From positions 202,103 to 266,102 of the forward strand of contig BCKQ01000018.1 of assembly GCA_001600695.1 (NCBI GenBank): a stretch of 64,000 nt of DNA, in the 5' to 3' direction. This stretch comes from Ascoidea asiatica JCM 7603. Lineage: Eukaryota > Fungi > Ascomycota. Both the position numbers and the translations under genes were made by a program. The notes under the pieces were generated by a model. The model saw only the letters and a list, made by a program, of their open reading frames with translations, did not search any database and was not told the DNA's origin. Below are positions 1 through 12,780 of this stretch, piece after piece. Numbering within the stretch: the first letter of the stretch is position 1; the number at the start of each line of letters is the position of its first letter.

Positions 1-68
1 TAGTTTTGAAAAAAGAGTATTATAAATTTTACTAGTTTAGGCTAACGTGAGTGATTAAAACTATAATC

Positions 69-2094
69 TTATCTATATATGAAGTTCCCTGTTCTTGTAA
101 TATATTTCACCCCTTTATATGGTTTAATGTTTTCGCCAACGCCTTTGCTACTCAATACTTTCAACGATTCTACTCTTATGCCACTAGGCACTGAACCTTT
201 GCATTCATAGTTCATTGAAATAAAAGCCGGAAAAAGCAGAGTAGGGGTATATTCTTTTTTCTTTTTAGCTTTATCATTTTTATTTGAGTTGTCATTGCTG
301 TTATCTGAATCACCTTGACATTCTACAACATATTCAGCCATAGGCAATTCCTCCACTTCATTATCACTTTCATCATCATCTTCACTACTTGGAACCACAT
401 AACCTCTTAATATTGGATTAATTCCAGTTAAAATACTACTATTAAATACCCATTCACTTTTTCCGTTTGAGTTATACTGAAAATCACCTTGAGAAATACT
501 AATTATTTTTATTGAAGAAATATCATCTTTTATTAAAGTAGAATTAATTTCGATTTTTAGGTTATCAATGGTTTTAATGCTTTTAAGCTTATTAATAAAT
601 ACTTTAATCTCAAACTGATTCTCAGATGGTCCTAAACCAGTTCTATAATCTAATGAGACTATACCTAAATTTTTTGAATAATGTTGATTTTTATTCTTCA
701 AAATATCAACTTCGTAATTCATTAATATTGATTTCCCATCAGGAGGTATAAAGGATAATACACCGGGAGATTGACACCAGTTTTCAACTCTTATACAAGG
801 ATGAAAACTTGGTAAAATATGAGTTAAGTCATGTCCATTTAAATTTAATATCATTTGTAAATCAGGTATACCAGTAAGATGTGTTGTAAGTCTAATTTCT
901 CCATTGATATTAACCATTATAGGTTTTGAAACAGATTTATAATCATAATCATAAGTTGGATTATAAAATGCAGAAGACCCATTTAAATTTCTTACTTTAT
1001 TTTTTTTCTTCTTAGTTGGACTCATTATAACATTTATAGTTTCAACTAAATCAACAAATAATTCATTTGTATTATATTTAACGTTTTGCTTCCTCCATGG
1101 AATTTCAGGAGCAGAATCTTTATTCAAATATTTTTTTATTTGGGGATTATTTGATCTTCCTTGAAGTGAAGCAGTGGAAGAAGAAACTGCTTTACTTGCC
1201 ATTGAAGTTGTAGTGGAGATAAATTTACTTAACAAACCTTCAAATTGTATAATATCTCGTAATCGATTTAAATCTGTAGTGAAGGGGTATCCACCTTGCA
1301 CCATTTCATTAATTAATAAACATAATATATCGAAATTTGCTTCTAGCTTTATTGGATTTAAAGGTCTTCCAAAATAATTCTCTATCACTTCAATTAATCT
1401 TTTGAAAAAGGTAAAAGGTATTAACGGATTGATTGAGTTATAAGATTTGATCTCAAAAGAGCTTTTTTCTAAATGCTTATTACTGTTTTCATTTTCACTT
1501 GAATTGGAAGCATCAGAATCAGAATCAGAACTACCTTCGTAATCACTTTCCGAAAACTCATTTGAAATTTCAACATCAGATGTTCTTTCAAGATATGAAT
1601 TTTCATTAGTTTGAGTATAGTTTTCAGAATCTAAAATAATTTTTTGTTTTTTTTCCATTTTCTTGAATTGACATACAAGATAAAAAGTTAAATTTTTTTC
1701 AGTATGATGGCAAACAACTAATTCATCAGATAAATGTATGAATGGATCAATGGAATTACTAGAATTCGATTTTGTAGAATAATCATAGTTTTCAGCTATC
1801 GATGAATTGGAACTCTTTATGTGCTGAACTTTTGAAATCAAAGAATTAAAATATGATTCATTATTAGAAAATGGGTAATCGAATACAAGATTACTTTAAA
1901 GAAAAATAAAAAAATTATAGTTAGTTATTTGAATGTCAAAATTGTTTCTTGATTCGATTGACAAATCTTCAAAATAATCACTCTGCCCTCAAAAAACAGT
2001 AATCGTTGGAATTCAAAAAAAAAAAATCACCTCAAATCATTTAAAATACATACTCCTTGTTGTCAGTTATATACAATGCTTTGAACAAATCCAT
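69..2094 (-). CDS. APM3: AP-3 adaptor complex mu subunit; 2 exons: 2094-2054 and 1893-69
   Basis: Mu-adaptin motifs IPWRKQNVKYNTNELFVDLVE, SFHPC, LSFIPPDG and C-terminal PYKGVKYITRTGNF. ATG at 2094 is followed by a GTATGT donor (2053), an AACTAAC branch and an AAG acceptor (1894). Splicing restores the frame: MDLFKALYITDNKDNLVFDY... Confidence 0.9.
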
Positions 2095-2467
2095 TGCTTT
2101 GAAGAAAATAAAAGATATAAAGAAAATAAAATCACTTTTTTGAATTAATTCGTCATTCGTCTTTGTTTATACCCAGCTTTATCGGTGATGAAATCCGTCG
2201 CGGATATTATCCAGAAAACAAAGCACCGCGCTACGGATTTTGTTGTTTTCTCAATTGTCGTTTGACGTCTTCGAAAAGCTCTTTTTATTTGTGTCAACTG
2301 AAGGCTAGATAGATCATAAAACTAAGTGAAAACAAATTAAGATCATTGCTTCTTACGATTGATTCAATAAAAGTAATCTCCATTAGAGTATTTTATTTAT
2401 GGTAAAAGAATAATGTGCTATATAATGAAACAATTAGCAGAGATGATATCCTTTGATCTAACAAATA

Positions 2468-2920
2468 TTAAACAGCAATGTCCTCATCCCAAACTTCTGG
2501 CTTTTCTTTTATGAATTTTTGTAACAAATTTTTACAATCTTCATCTTTAAGATTTATAACTTCTACACCATGACTTTTGAGAAAAGATTCAGCTCCAACA
2601 TATGTATCATTTTCACCCATTACAACTCTTTTAATACCATAGAATACAATTGTTCCGGAACACATTTGACAAGGAGATAAAGTAGTATACATTGTACAAT
2701 CTTTATATACTGAAGCTGGTAATCTACCTGCTTTTTCTAAAGTTGACATTTCACCATGTAAAATTGCACTATTTTTTTGAACTCTTTGATTATGGCCTGC
2801 TGCAAATAATTTTCCTTCACTGTTGATCATAGCTCCACCAATTGGAATACCACCTTCTTTATAGCTTTTCAAAGCTTGCTCATAAGCAATCTTAATACCT
2901 TTTTGATCATCAAATGCCAT
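2468..2920 (-). CDS. FCY1: Cytosine deaminase
   Basis: GGIPIG, GHNQRVQ, HGE and TTLSPCQMC zinc motifs; ends W-EDI. Confidence 0.95.
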   Translation of the reverse strand: MAFDDQKGIKIAYEQALKSYKEGGIPIGGAMINSEGKLFAAGHNQRVQKNSAILHGEMSTLEKAGRLPASVYKDCTMYTTLSPCQMCSGTIVFYGIKRVVMGENDTYVGAESFLKSHGVEVINLKDEDCKNLLQKFIKEKPEVWDEDIAV

Positions 2921-3075
2921 TAGTAAAATTATATCTACAATATCACTATTAAACTTTTTTAAGTTAAAATTGATTTATTTTATCTATTTTTATATAAATA
3001 TGCTAGCTATTTCAAACAAAATTTGTTTCTACGTTAAGCAATTAATTAAATTATATAAATATATTTACAATAAAT

Positions 3076-4846
3076 TTATTGAATCTCAATTTCAATAGAT
3101 GATCCATCATTTGATTTTATATGAATTAAGGATTTAGTCGCTAAAGTCAATATTCCACTAAAGGCCCTTGCAGCAGTTTGTCTAGATACGGAGGGCCTAG
3201 TAACGGGAAACAATTTTTCAAATGTTAAATTTGGTTGTTCATGATCTTCAATATAACTAAATAATTTTTTAGCATTATTATCTAATTCTCCAACTTTTTG
3301 AGTTGCAAGTTTTGGTGCTCCAATGGGTAATGAAAGTTCTATTCATAGAAACAATTTTTATTTTTTTATTTTTGTTGTTAGTAGGTATTTTTTAAGTTAA
3401 AATGAGAATCGTTTATAGAAAAAAAGAAAAAAAATTCAGGGATGAAAAATTCAAAGAAAGAATATAACTTACGTTCTTCTTGTAATGTTAATAAAATATC
3501 ACTTTGAGGAGTAGTTCTCATTCTTGATTTAGATATAGATCCTAAACCACTTTTCATATTACCTGGAGTTCTTTCTTTTTCTTGAGAATTTAAGAAAAAA
3601 TCAATCGAAGGACTTCTATATTTTTTTTGAATTTCAGATTCTTTTGTTGGAGTAATTAAATTATCATTATTATTTCTTTTTTTATTATTTATATTAATTT
3701 CATTAATATCAAAATCTTCTAAATTTGGAAAAGAAAGATTAATATCATTTAATTTTTCATTATTATTAATTTCTTCATTTGCAAAAGGATCATCAAATTG
3801 AATATCAAAATCAAATTCATTATCTTGATTTAATTTTTCTGGAATATTATCATTATTTATATTTTTATCATTGATATTTATAAATGGATCATTAATGCCA
3901 ATTGAATTAGATCTAGATCTTCGATTAAGAGCATGTCTACCTAATTCAATACTTGAAGATCTTCTATTATTATTATTATTATTATCATTATTATTATTTC
4001 TAAAAATCTCTTGTTTATTTTCATTAAAATTTTCATTATTTTCATTTTGATTATTTTTAAGATTTTTTTTTAAATTATTATTATAAATATTAGAAATTTT
4101 ATTAGTATTAAAAGTATTAATTGAAGGTAATAAAGAATTTGGTATATAATTACAAAAATTATTATTATTAATTTTATTTTTTAAATTATTATTATTAATT
4201 AAATAATTTAAAGAAAAATTAAACATTTTATTATTAATTGAATTTAATGATTGATAATGAATAAAATCATTAAATTTTAAATTTAAATTATTTTTATTTT
4301 GAATTAAAAAATAATTTTTTTTAAAATTAATTAATTTCATTCTAAATTTATAAAAATTATTTAAATTTTTAATTTTTAATGAAGATAAATTTGTTTTATT
4401 ATCAATTTTTAATGGAATTATTGAAGAATTATAATTATAATTATTATTATTTATTTTTCTTTTTTTTCTTTTATGTTGATTTTCAATATTAATATTATTA
4501 TCAATATTATTATTTTGAAATTTTATTAAATTTTGAATTTCTAATTCATTTTGATTTAAATTATTTATATTATTATTTATATTATTTATATTATTTATAT
4601 TATTTATATTATTTATATTATTTATATTGTTTTCATTATTTTGTATATTATTAATATTTTCAAAATTTTGATTAAATGGATTAATTAAATGTGGATCATC
4701 TAAATCTAAATCAAAATTTATATTAAAATCAAAATCATCATTTTGAATAATATTTTTATTTTCATAATCTTGAGAATTAAAATTTAAATTTAATTCATTT
4801 GATAAATCTAATTGAAGATCTTGATTTTCAGAAAATATTGATAATC

Positions 4847-4877
<31 letters not shown>

Positions 4878-5444
4878 AATGAAAGAGTTATTAATATTTA
4901 TAAGAGAAGTATTATCAATAGATAAATCATAATCTTTTATCATTTTTTTTCTTTCTAATTTTTTATTTAATTCTTTTTTAAAAAAATTATTTTCATTATT
5001 TTCATTATTTTCATTATTTTCATTATTTTCATTAATTTCATTATCTGAATTATTTTCATCAATTTTATAATTATTATTTAAATTTTCATTATAAAAAAAG
5101 TTAATATTCATATTATTATTTTTATTCTTAGTTTTATTAATATTATTAAATTGATCAAAATCTGAAAATTGTAAATTTAAAGAAGGTAATAAACCTAAAT
5201 CAATATCAAAAGCAGGATCATCATTTAATAATAAATTTTTTTTAAGATTTATATTTAAATTATTAAAATAATTATTACTATTATTGTTATAATTCTGATT
5301 ATTATTATTATTATTATTAAAGTTATTAAAAATGTTATCGTGATGAATGTTATTATTATTATTTTGAATTGAAAAAAATTTATCTAGATAATTTTGAGGT
5401 AAAGTTAAATTAAATTTTGGATCAAGAGTATTATTATCATTTTT

Positions 5445-5475
<31 letters not shown>

Positions 5476-5855
5476 TTATTATTATTAGAAATAGAATTAG
5501 AACTTGTATTTGATAAAGATTTATTTAAATTTAAAACTTCTTGATAAAAATAATTAATTTTTTGTTTATAAACTAAAGTTAAACCATATAATAAATTTGA
5601 AGATAATTTTAAATTCAATGAAATTTGATTTTTTTTTTTTTTTTTTTTTTTCAATAAATTTTTTTCAATAAAATTTTCTGAATTTTCAATTATCATCTCA
5701 CAAGTTTTTGGAATTGATAATGACATAATTTCCTTTTTTTGAAATTTTTTTTTAAAAGATTTAGATACAGATAATGAAGAACCTAAATTTGCCAGAAGCC
5801 AAACGGTTCCCATTCCAGTATTTTGATTTAATAATAAATCATTATTTAAGTACAT
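3076..5855 (-). CDS. REC8: Meiotic kleisin (Rec8/Rad21 family); 2 exons: 5855-3473 and 3338-3076
   Basis: N-terminal Rad21/Rec8 domain (TVWLLANLG, SIPKTC, LKLSSNLLYGL). A GTAAGT donor at 3472, TACTAAC branch near 3377-3383 and TAG acceptor at 3339 give an in-frame exon 2 encoding a kleisin C-terminal winged helix (LTFEKLFP...SRQTAARAFSGILTLATKSLI). The middle is Asn-rich low complexity. Confidence 0.85.
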
Positions 5856-6224
5856 TTTTTAGAATAAAGTAAATAATTTAAATTTAAGCGCCGAAATGAT
5901 TTAATTTAAGAAAAGAAGTATATATATATTCAATTCACATATTCAATTCAAGAAACTGAAAGAAAAAAAAAAAAAAGGAAAATAATTTAAATGGAAGAAA
6001 AGAATGAACTTCATCTGGGAAATGGCCTGTATTTATACTTCTTCCCAGAATCCAAAGCGTCAAAAGATCATTCATCAAAGTCAGCTGCTTAAGACAATTT
6101 AAAATTGAAATCATGAATTGTTGTGTCCTTTGTTGAATGCACTGACCAGGATTCAAAAACGCGATCCATGTTCAGTTTCCTAATTGGGACTGCAACAAAG
6201 GCCCCCAAAATATACAATTGCAGA

Positions 6225-8210
6225 TTATAAATCAGCAAACGCACCAACAACGGCACCAACAACGCCACCGGCGTTCTTCTTCTTCTTGTTCTTCCTGACC
6301 ATGTCCTTCCAGTCCACTTCGTTTTCCTCGTCATTCGAGTCGTAGTTCTTCATGTGCGTTTCCTCTTCTCTTTCTCTTTTCGTTGCTTTCTTGTCGTGTC
6401 TTTTCTGCTTCTCCTGTTTTCTTTCCATTTGCATTGACCACGCCTGGTTCTTCTTCTTCTTCTTCTTGTTCACTCTGCTTAAGTTCTTGTTGAACTGGCT
6501 GTTCATGTTGTTTTTCTTCATTTTCTCCATTTCCTCCACTCTCACCGCCTCTCTTTTCTTGTCTTTGTAACTGAACTTGTTCAAATCCATTTCCGGTTCC
6601 ACGAGCCATCCGTCTCTCGGCATCTTTTCCTTGTCCATGTATTTTGTTATTTCCGGCATCTTTGGCAATCTCAAAAGCCCATACATTTTTGCAGTACTTA
6701 AATAATCCAAAGTCTGTAATCGAAATATTGAAGAAGCTATGTGTTTGGAATAATATCTTATGAATCCAACATATGCTAGAATTGATTGATCAAATATAAG
6801 TCTATCTGATAATATCCAAGTCTTTAAGATGTTAAAGAATTCTTCTTTTTCTTTTATCTCTTCTTCTTTTATCTCTTCTTCTTCTTCTTCTTTTTCTTTC
6901 ATTAATTCCATTTCAATATTCTTAACTTTCATAAATTCAATAAAATCTTCTTCTCTTCCTTCATTTAAAAATACAATTGCTTTTCCAACTTTATTTGCTC
7001 TTCCAGTTCTACCACATCTATGTAAAAACATATCTGAATCTGTTGGTGGATCAATTTGAATAACTAATTCAACATCTGGAATATCAATACCACGAGCTGC
7101 AACATCTGTTGTAAATAATACTGATTTATTTAATTCATTTTCAAAATTATTTAATGTTTTAATTCTTGGTTTTGCAGGTAATTTACCATGTAATGAAAAA
7201 AATTTAATTGAATTTAAATTTAAATTTAAATTTAAATTAATATTAAAAAATTTTATCATATTAAAAAAATATGTAACTGAATTACATGTTGGAAAATAAA
7301 TTATAGATTTTTTAAAATTATAAAATTTTAAAATTTTTATTAATTTAAAAATTTTAAATTCTGGTTTTAAAATTAAATAATTTATTTTAAGTGATTCAGG
7401 TATTAAATTTTTTGAAAATTTATTTTTTACAGTAATTTTTATTGGATTTGTAATTCCAGTTTTAAAAATATTTGATCCTGCACTACTTAAAGTTGCTGAA
7501 AATAATCCTGTTCTTCTTTGTTTTGGTAAATAATTAATTATTAAATTTATAATTTTTTCAAAACTTATATCTAAAAGTTTATCAGCTTCATCTAAAATTA
7601 AACAATCACATTTTTTACAATTTATATTTTTATTTGATAAAAATTCAAATAATCTACCTGGTGTACCAATTAAAATTTGTGGTTTTTCATTTAAGAAAAA
7701 ATTTAAATCTTCTTCAATATTTTTTATTGAACCAATAATTAATTGAGTTTTTAAATTTTTTTTAAATTTAATTTCATTTGGTAAAAATTTTAAAAATTTT
7801 AAAAATATATTATTAATTTGATTTGATAATTCTCTTGTTGGTGTAATAATAATTGAATAAAAAAATCCTTTTTTAAAAAATTCTTCAATTCTTAAAATTC
7901 TTTCAATTATTGGTATAATAAATGCTAAAGTTTTACCAGAACCTGTATTTGCTTCAACTATAACATCTTTATGACCTAAGAATAATGGTATAGTTGTTGC
8001 TTGAACTGGTGTCATTTTTTCAAAACCAAATGATTTTATTGCTTCTAAACTGAAATAATATTTAAAATATATATATATATTTATTAGTATTATGAATAAT
8101 TATTGAAATTTTAAATAAAAAAAAGGTTTAATTAAAAATTTAACTTACATCCATGGTTGTAATTTAAAAGAAGAATTCTCCCAAGATAAATTCCCAACTT
8201 CTGATGACAT
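6225..8210 (-). CDS. SPB4: DEAD-box RNA helicase for 60S biogenesis; 2 exons: 8210-8149 and 8049-6225
   Basis: MTPVQA, TGSGKT, PTREL, DEAD, SAT, HRCGRTGR motifs and the Spb4-type C-terminal domain (YYSKHIASSIFRL, YGLLRLPKMPE). Exon 1 reads MSSEVGNLSWENSSFKLQPW, then a GTAAGT donor, TACTAAT branch and CAG acceptor restore the frame. Confidence 0.92.
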
Positions 8211-8486
8211 TTTTATTTAAATTTCTTATTGATTGAAATACTTTGAATAATAAACATTTCCTTTTTAAAAATAATAATATTATTAATAATAGTATTAATA
8301 ATAAGAAGTTTTAAATAATTAAAATATTTTAACAATCAAATTTTAAAAGAAAAATTAAATAGTTGCGGAATTCAAATGCGGAACCTTAAATGATTTTTTT
8401 TTTTTTTTTTTTTACTTCCATACCCCGGATAATATTTTATCCGTGCTTTTAATTTTTTTAAAAAATTTACACCATTATGAAATAAT

Positions 8487-8534
8487 GAAATAATTGAAAT
8501 AATTGAAATAATTGAAATAATTGAAATAATTGAA
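8487..8534. repeat. 9-bp tandem repeat (GAAATAATT) x5 in the SPB4-DEG1 divergent promoter
   Basis: Direct reading of the sequence. Confidence 0.9.
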
Positions 8535-8574
8535 TGAGTGAATGGAATAAAGATTATTAAAAGTTATTTAATAA

Positions 8575-10020
8575 ATGTTATTTAATCAATTTTTTAAAAA
8601 AATATTAATAAATATAAGTAAAAAATATATAAATTTGAATAAAATATTTAAAATGAATGAAAATTTAAATGATAAAGATAATAATAATTCAATAATATTA
8701 TCAGAAAAAATTGAATATAAAAATTGGTCAAAAAATGAATTAATTAAAAGAATTTTACAACTTGAAGGTAGATTACCAAAAATTGAAATTGAAAAAAGTA
8801 AAAAATTAAATAAATTAAATAAATTAAATAAATTAAATAATAGGAATAAAAATTTTGATTTTTCAAAATTTAATACAAGATTTATTGTAATTAAATTTTC
8901 ATATTTAGGTTGGAATTATAATGGATTAACAATTCAAAAAGAAAAAACACCATTAGAAACTATAGAATCAAAAATTATTAAAGTTTTATATAAATGTAAA
9001 TTAATACCAAGTTTAGAATTAAAAGAATTTAAATTTTCAAGATGTGGTAGAACTGATAAAGGTGTAAGTGCAATGAATCAAGTAATTTCATTAAATATTA
9101 GATCAAATTTAAATAAAGAAGAACAAATTTTAAAAAAAAATGATGATAAAGAAATTGATTATATATATATTTTAAATTGTAATTTACCAAAAGATATTTT
9201 TATTAAAGAAATTTGTTTAAGACCACCAATAAATTTTGATTCAAGATTTAGTTGTAAATTTAGAAATTATAAATATATTTTTGAAATTAAAAAAAATAAT
9301 TTAGATATTAAATTAATGGAAAAAGCATGTAAGAAATTTGAAGGTGAACATGATTTTAGAAATTTTTGTAAAATTGATGGATCAAAACAAATTAAAAATT
9401 TTAAAAGGAATATAATTTTAAGTTCAATAAATAAAATTAATAAAAATTTTTATTATTTTAATTTAAAAGGTTCAGCATTTTTATGGCATCAAGTTAGATA
9501 TATGATTGGAATTTTATTTTTAATTGGTAATAAATTTGAAAAACCAGAAATTATTGATTATTTATTAAATATTAAAGAAAATAATAAAAAACCAATATAT
9601 GATATGGGATATGATTTACCATTAATTTTATATGATTGTGAATTTGAAGAGATGGAATGGATTAAAGAAAAAAATTTAATTAAAAAAAATAAAATGAATA
9701 ATAAAATTTATGAATTATGGTTAGATTATACATTAAAATGTAATATTATTAATATTTATAAAGATTCAATTATTAATGGTAATGATAATGATAATGATAA
9801 TGATAATGATAATGATAGTGGTTGTAATAATATACCAAATGGTAAAATAAAAATTAATATTGGAGATGGTAAAGGTAAAATTTTAAAAAGATATATACCA
9901 ATAAAATCAAGAGAAGTTTTAGAATCTGTTGAAGTTAAAAATGCGAAATATAAAAAAAGGAAAAATCTTCAAGGAGAAGCTATTAAAGTAGAATCTATTC
10001 AAGAAGAATCTATTCAATAA
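8575..10020 (+). CDS. DEG1: tRNA pseudouridine(38/39) synthase (Pus3); an alternative start at ATG 8653 is possible
   Basis: FSYLGWNYNG, SRCGRTDKGVSA, GEHDFRNFCKIDG and GSAFLWHQVR TruA-family motifs. Confidence 0.93.
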   Translation: MLFNQFFKKILINISKKYINLNKIFKMNENLNDKDNNNSIILSEKIEYKNWSKNELIKRILQLEGRLPKIEIEKSKKLNKLNKLNKLNNRNKNFDFSKFNTRFIVIKFSYLGWNYNGLTIQKEKTPLETIESKIIKVLYKCKLIPSLELKEFKFSRCGRTDKGVSAMNQVISLNIRSNLNKEEQILKKNDDKEIDYIYILNCNLPKDIFIKEICLRPPINFDSRFSCKFRNYKYIFEIKKNNLDIKLMEKACKKFEGEHDFRNFCKIDGSKQIKNFKRNIILSSINKINKNFYYFNLKGSAFLWHQVRYMIGILFLIGNKFEKPEIIDYLLNIKENNKKPIYDMGYDLPLILYDCEFEEMEWIKEKNLIKKNKMNNKIYELWLDYTLKCNIINIYKDSIINGNDNDNDNDNDNDSGCNNIPNGKIKINIGDGKGKILKRYIPIKSREVLESVEVKNAKYKKRKNLQGEAIKVESIQEESIQ

Positions 10021-10159
10021 AAAGAATATTATTATCGTTATTATTATCGTTATTATTGTCGTTATTATTATCGTTATAATAGATACTTATTGAATTTACT
10101 TTTAGGTGAAATATAAAAAATAAATGTCTTATTATTATTGTTTTAAATATGATATTATA

Positions 10160-10620
10160 GAGTGGGCACGTGGTTTGTGGTTGTTTGTGGCTGGTTCCAC
10201 GTCCCGGTGCAAATCGTGCACGCCAACCGAGGACCCAAAAAGACACGTCCCACTTGCGTCCAGGTCATGACTTCTTTGTTGTTGTAACAGTCACTCCGAG
10301 TATTTACGTAACTTCTCAGCACTGGCAATAATATTCTTTTGTGTTCACTGTGAAGACAGCCCGAGGATCAGTGAGTAGACACCACTGAGTAGACACCACT
10401 GAGTATATGCTTCTTAGATGGTTGTGGATCTGAGAGAAGATAAAGGTAAAGGTAAAGGTAATAGTACTGAAGTCAACAGTCAATAGCCAGTAGCCAGTAG
10501 TTGATGGATAGTGATATCTGTGTCTGTGTCTGTTTACAGTCCTTGAAGTGCGATGATATTCTGTTATTGTGCTGGTTACATTCAAGTCCATGAGTTTGAA
10601 ACCTTTCAAGAGTGGACTTA
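10160..10620. promoter_or_regulatory. GC-rich non-coding island with a CACGTG site (10167) and short tandem duplications
   Basis: GC rises sharply against the flanks. It contains GCACGTGG, two CACGTCCC, a duplicated TGAGTAGACACCAC and (AAAGGT)3. No credible ORF. Confidence 0.45.
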
Positions 10621-11945
10621 AACTAACCTTATCATAACTTCTATCTTCTATCTTCATAACTTTAGCTTCATTTCAAATTCAAATCCAAACCCACTTAACT
10701 TTACTCTTTATAATACCAATATTAATACTATATACTCAATAATATTTATATACATACATGTACTCTATATTCATATTCATAATATGAAATTCCATATTCA
10801 CTTTAAATTCACCATTATTACACTAAATTAATCCTATTCTCATATCTTATAAATATTTTATATTTAAACTTTTCTTTTAAATAAACTTTAAATAACTATG
10901 ATAAAAAAACAAAAAACTTATTAAAATAATTCAAATGATATCACCTAATAATTCTTATATCTTTTGATATTTTTACTCCTAATTCTTTGATAAGTTTGTA
11001 ATATGTTTTAAATTAATCTTTGATACTTGATACTTAATGAGCTGTTTTATTTATTTTAATATAAATCTATTGTCCTTTTAAAAACTTTAAGACAAATTAT
11101 ACTCAAATTATACAATATTCTAATTCATTCATTCATTCATTCATGTAAATCTTTTTTATAACTTTTAAATTCATAATTACTAATACTTATCAATACTTAC
11201 TTCATAAACCTTTTTTTTTTTTTTAAAGTACTATTCTATATTTTCATAATCTATTAATAAAAAAATTTTACCAAAAAAATCATTAATTTATTCACATAAT
11301 ATTACAATATTTTAATTATAATTTGACTCGATTTTTTAAAAAGCCTCATTATATACTTATTTACTTTAATATTTACTTTATTGTTTTACCTTTAGGTTTA
11401 TATTCATTATTTAAAATTAAAGTTACCTAAAATAAAGGTTAATGTATTTTAATGTATTTGAAAAATATATTTCATTTTTATTTCATTTTTATTTCATTTT
11501 TCAATTTTATACAAATACAAATAATATACCTACTATAAACACTACCTACCGAGCTTGGAATATTAATAATAATAATAATATATTCTCCATAGTAATCACT
11601 TCAAAAGTTCGAAATTTATAAAATTATTAATAATAATCATTAATTTAATCATTAAAATTCAATACTTAGCTTTTGTTTTTAAAGGATTTTCTCCTTTAAA
11701 ATAATCCCTATATATATATACTATACATATATATATATATCTGAGATTATTTCCTTTCTTTTTTGAAAAAAAATGAATATTATTTATCAACTCTTTTTTA
11801 AATATTCATTACTTGTTTTTTTTTCAATAAATGAAGAACAGAATTCTAATCTAATTTTCTTCTTAAAAATATATAAAATTAATATTAATATTCTTTTTTA
11901 AATAACTGAATTATTTTATATATGTAAACAATTTTTCAATTAACA

Positions 11946-11984
<39 letters not shown>
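11946..11984. repeat. (AAT)13 microsatellite
   Basis: Direct reading. Confidence 0.95.
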
Positions 11985-11988
<4 letters not shown>

Positions 11989-12060
11989 TTATTCGTTGAA
12001 ATTAAATTATTCAAATTAATAATATCAAAGTAATAAGATTGATTTACTTTGATAAATTAA

Positions 12061-12780
12061 ATGTTACTGAGAAATAATTATGTGGTTTCTCAAATTCAAG
12101 AAATTTTTAAAAATTTATTTTTAAAAATTTTTATAAATCAAAGAAAATCAATTGAATTATTAAATTATATTAATAATATTTTCATTCAAATATATATTAA
12201 AAGTTCTGAATCTTGGAAAATAAGTCTTAATCAATCTTTAAATAATAGAAAATCTTTAAAAATTATTCTTCATTATTTTATCACTTTTGAAAATCAATTT
12301 TTATCAACAAATCAAAAACAATTTCAATTTAATAATCTTGATTTAATTTTAGTTAATTTTATTCAAAATGTTTATCCAATTACTTCTTCTTTAAAAGATA
12401 TTATTATAAAATTTAATAATCTTAATTTAACTTTAAAATCACCTAGACAAGATCCAAAATATAAAATTTTTTATATACCTTCTATAATAATTTTAATAAC
12501 AAATTTAATTAATGATTTTAAAAAATCTTGTTTATTTTTTTCACATTTATTAAATTTTTTAAAAAATTTTAAAATTTGGAATAATTCTTCAATTGATAAT
12601 ATTAAAAAACAAATGCAATCATTAGAAAATAATTTAATTAATTCATTAATTTTAATTCATAATAAATATTCCATATTATGTTGTGGAAAAAGATTTCAAG
12701 ATTTTAATTTCAATGAAAAAAAACAGTATATGAATACTTTACGTATAAAAGAAGAGAATATTAGAAAATCATTTGGTTGA
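12061..12780 (+). CDS. Orphan 239-aa protein (possibly the surviving part of a decayed gene)
   Basis: A 720-bp open frame in extremely AT-rich DNA, where chance ORFs are short; no recognisable motif. Confidence 0.45.
   Translation: MLLRNNYVVSQIQEIFKNLFLKIFINQRKSIELLNYINNIFIQIYIKSSESWKISLNQSLNNRKSLKIILHYFITFENQFLSTNQKQFQFNNLDLILVNFIQNVYPITSSLKDIIIKFNNLNLTLKSPRQDPKYKIFYIPSIIILITNLINDFKKSCLFFSHLLNFLKNFKIWNNSSIDNIKKQMQSLENNLINSLILIHNKYSILCCGKRFQDFNFNEKKQYMNTLRIKEENIRKSFG

Noticed and set aside
5935-7059. Several 70-90-aa ORFs overlapping the SPB4 3' end
   Set aside because: Alternative-frame or antisense shadows caused by the local GC rise and low-complexity codons.
10010-10657. 78-aa and 113-aa minus-strand ORFs
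   Set aside because: Translations of microsatellite-like GC-island sequence; no host codon bias or motifs.
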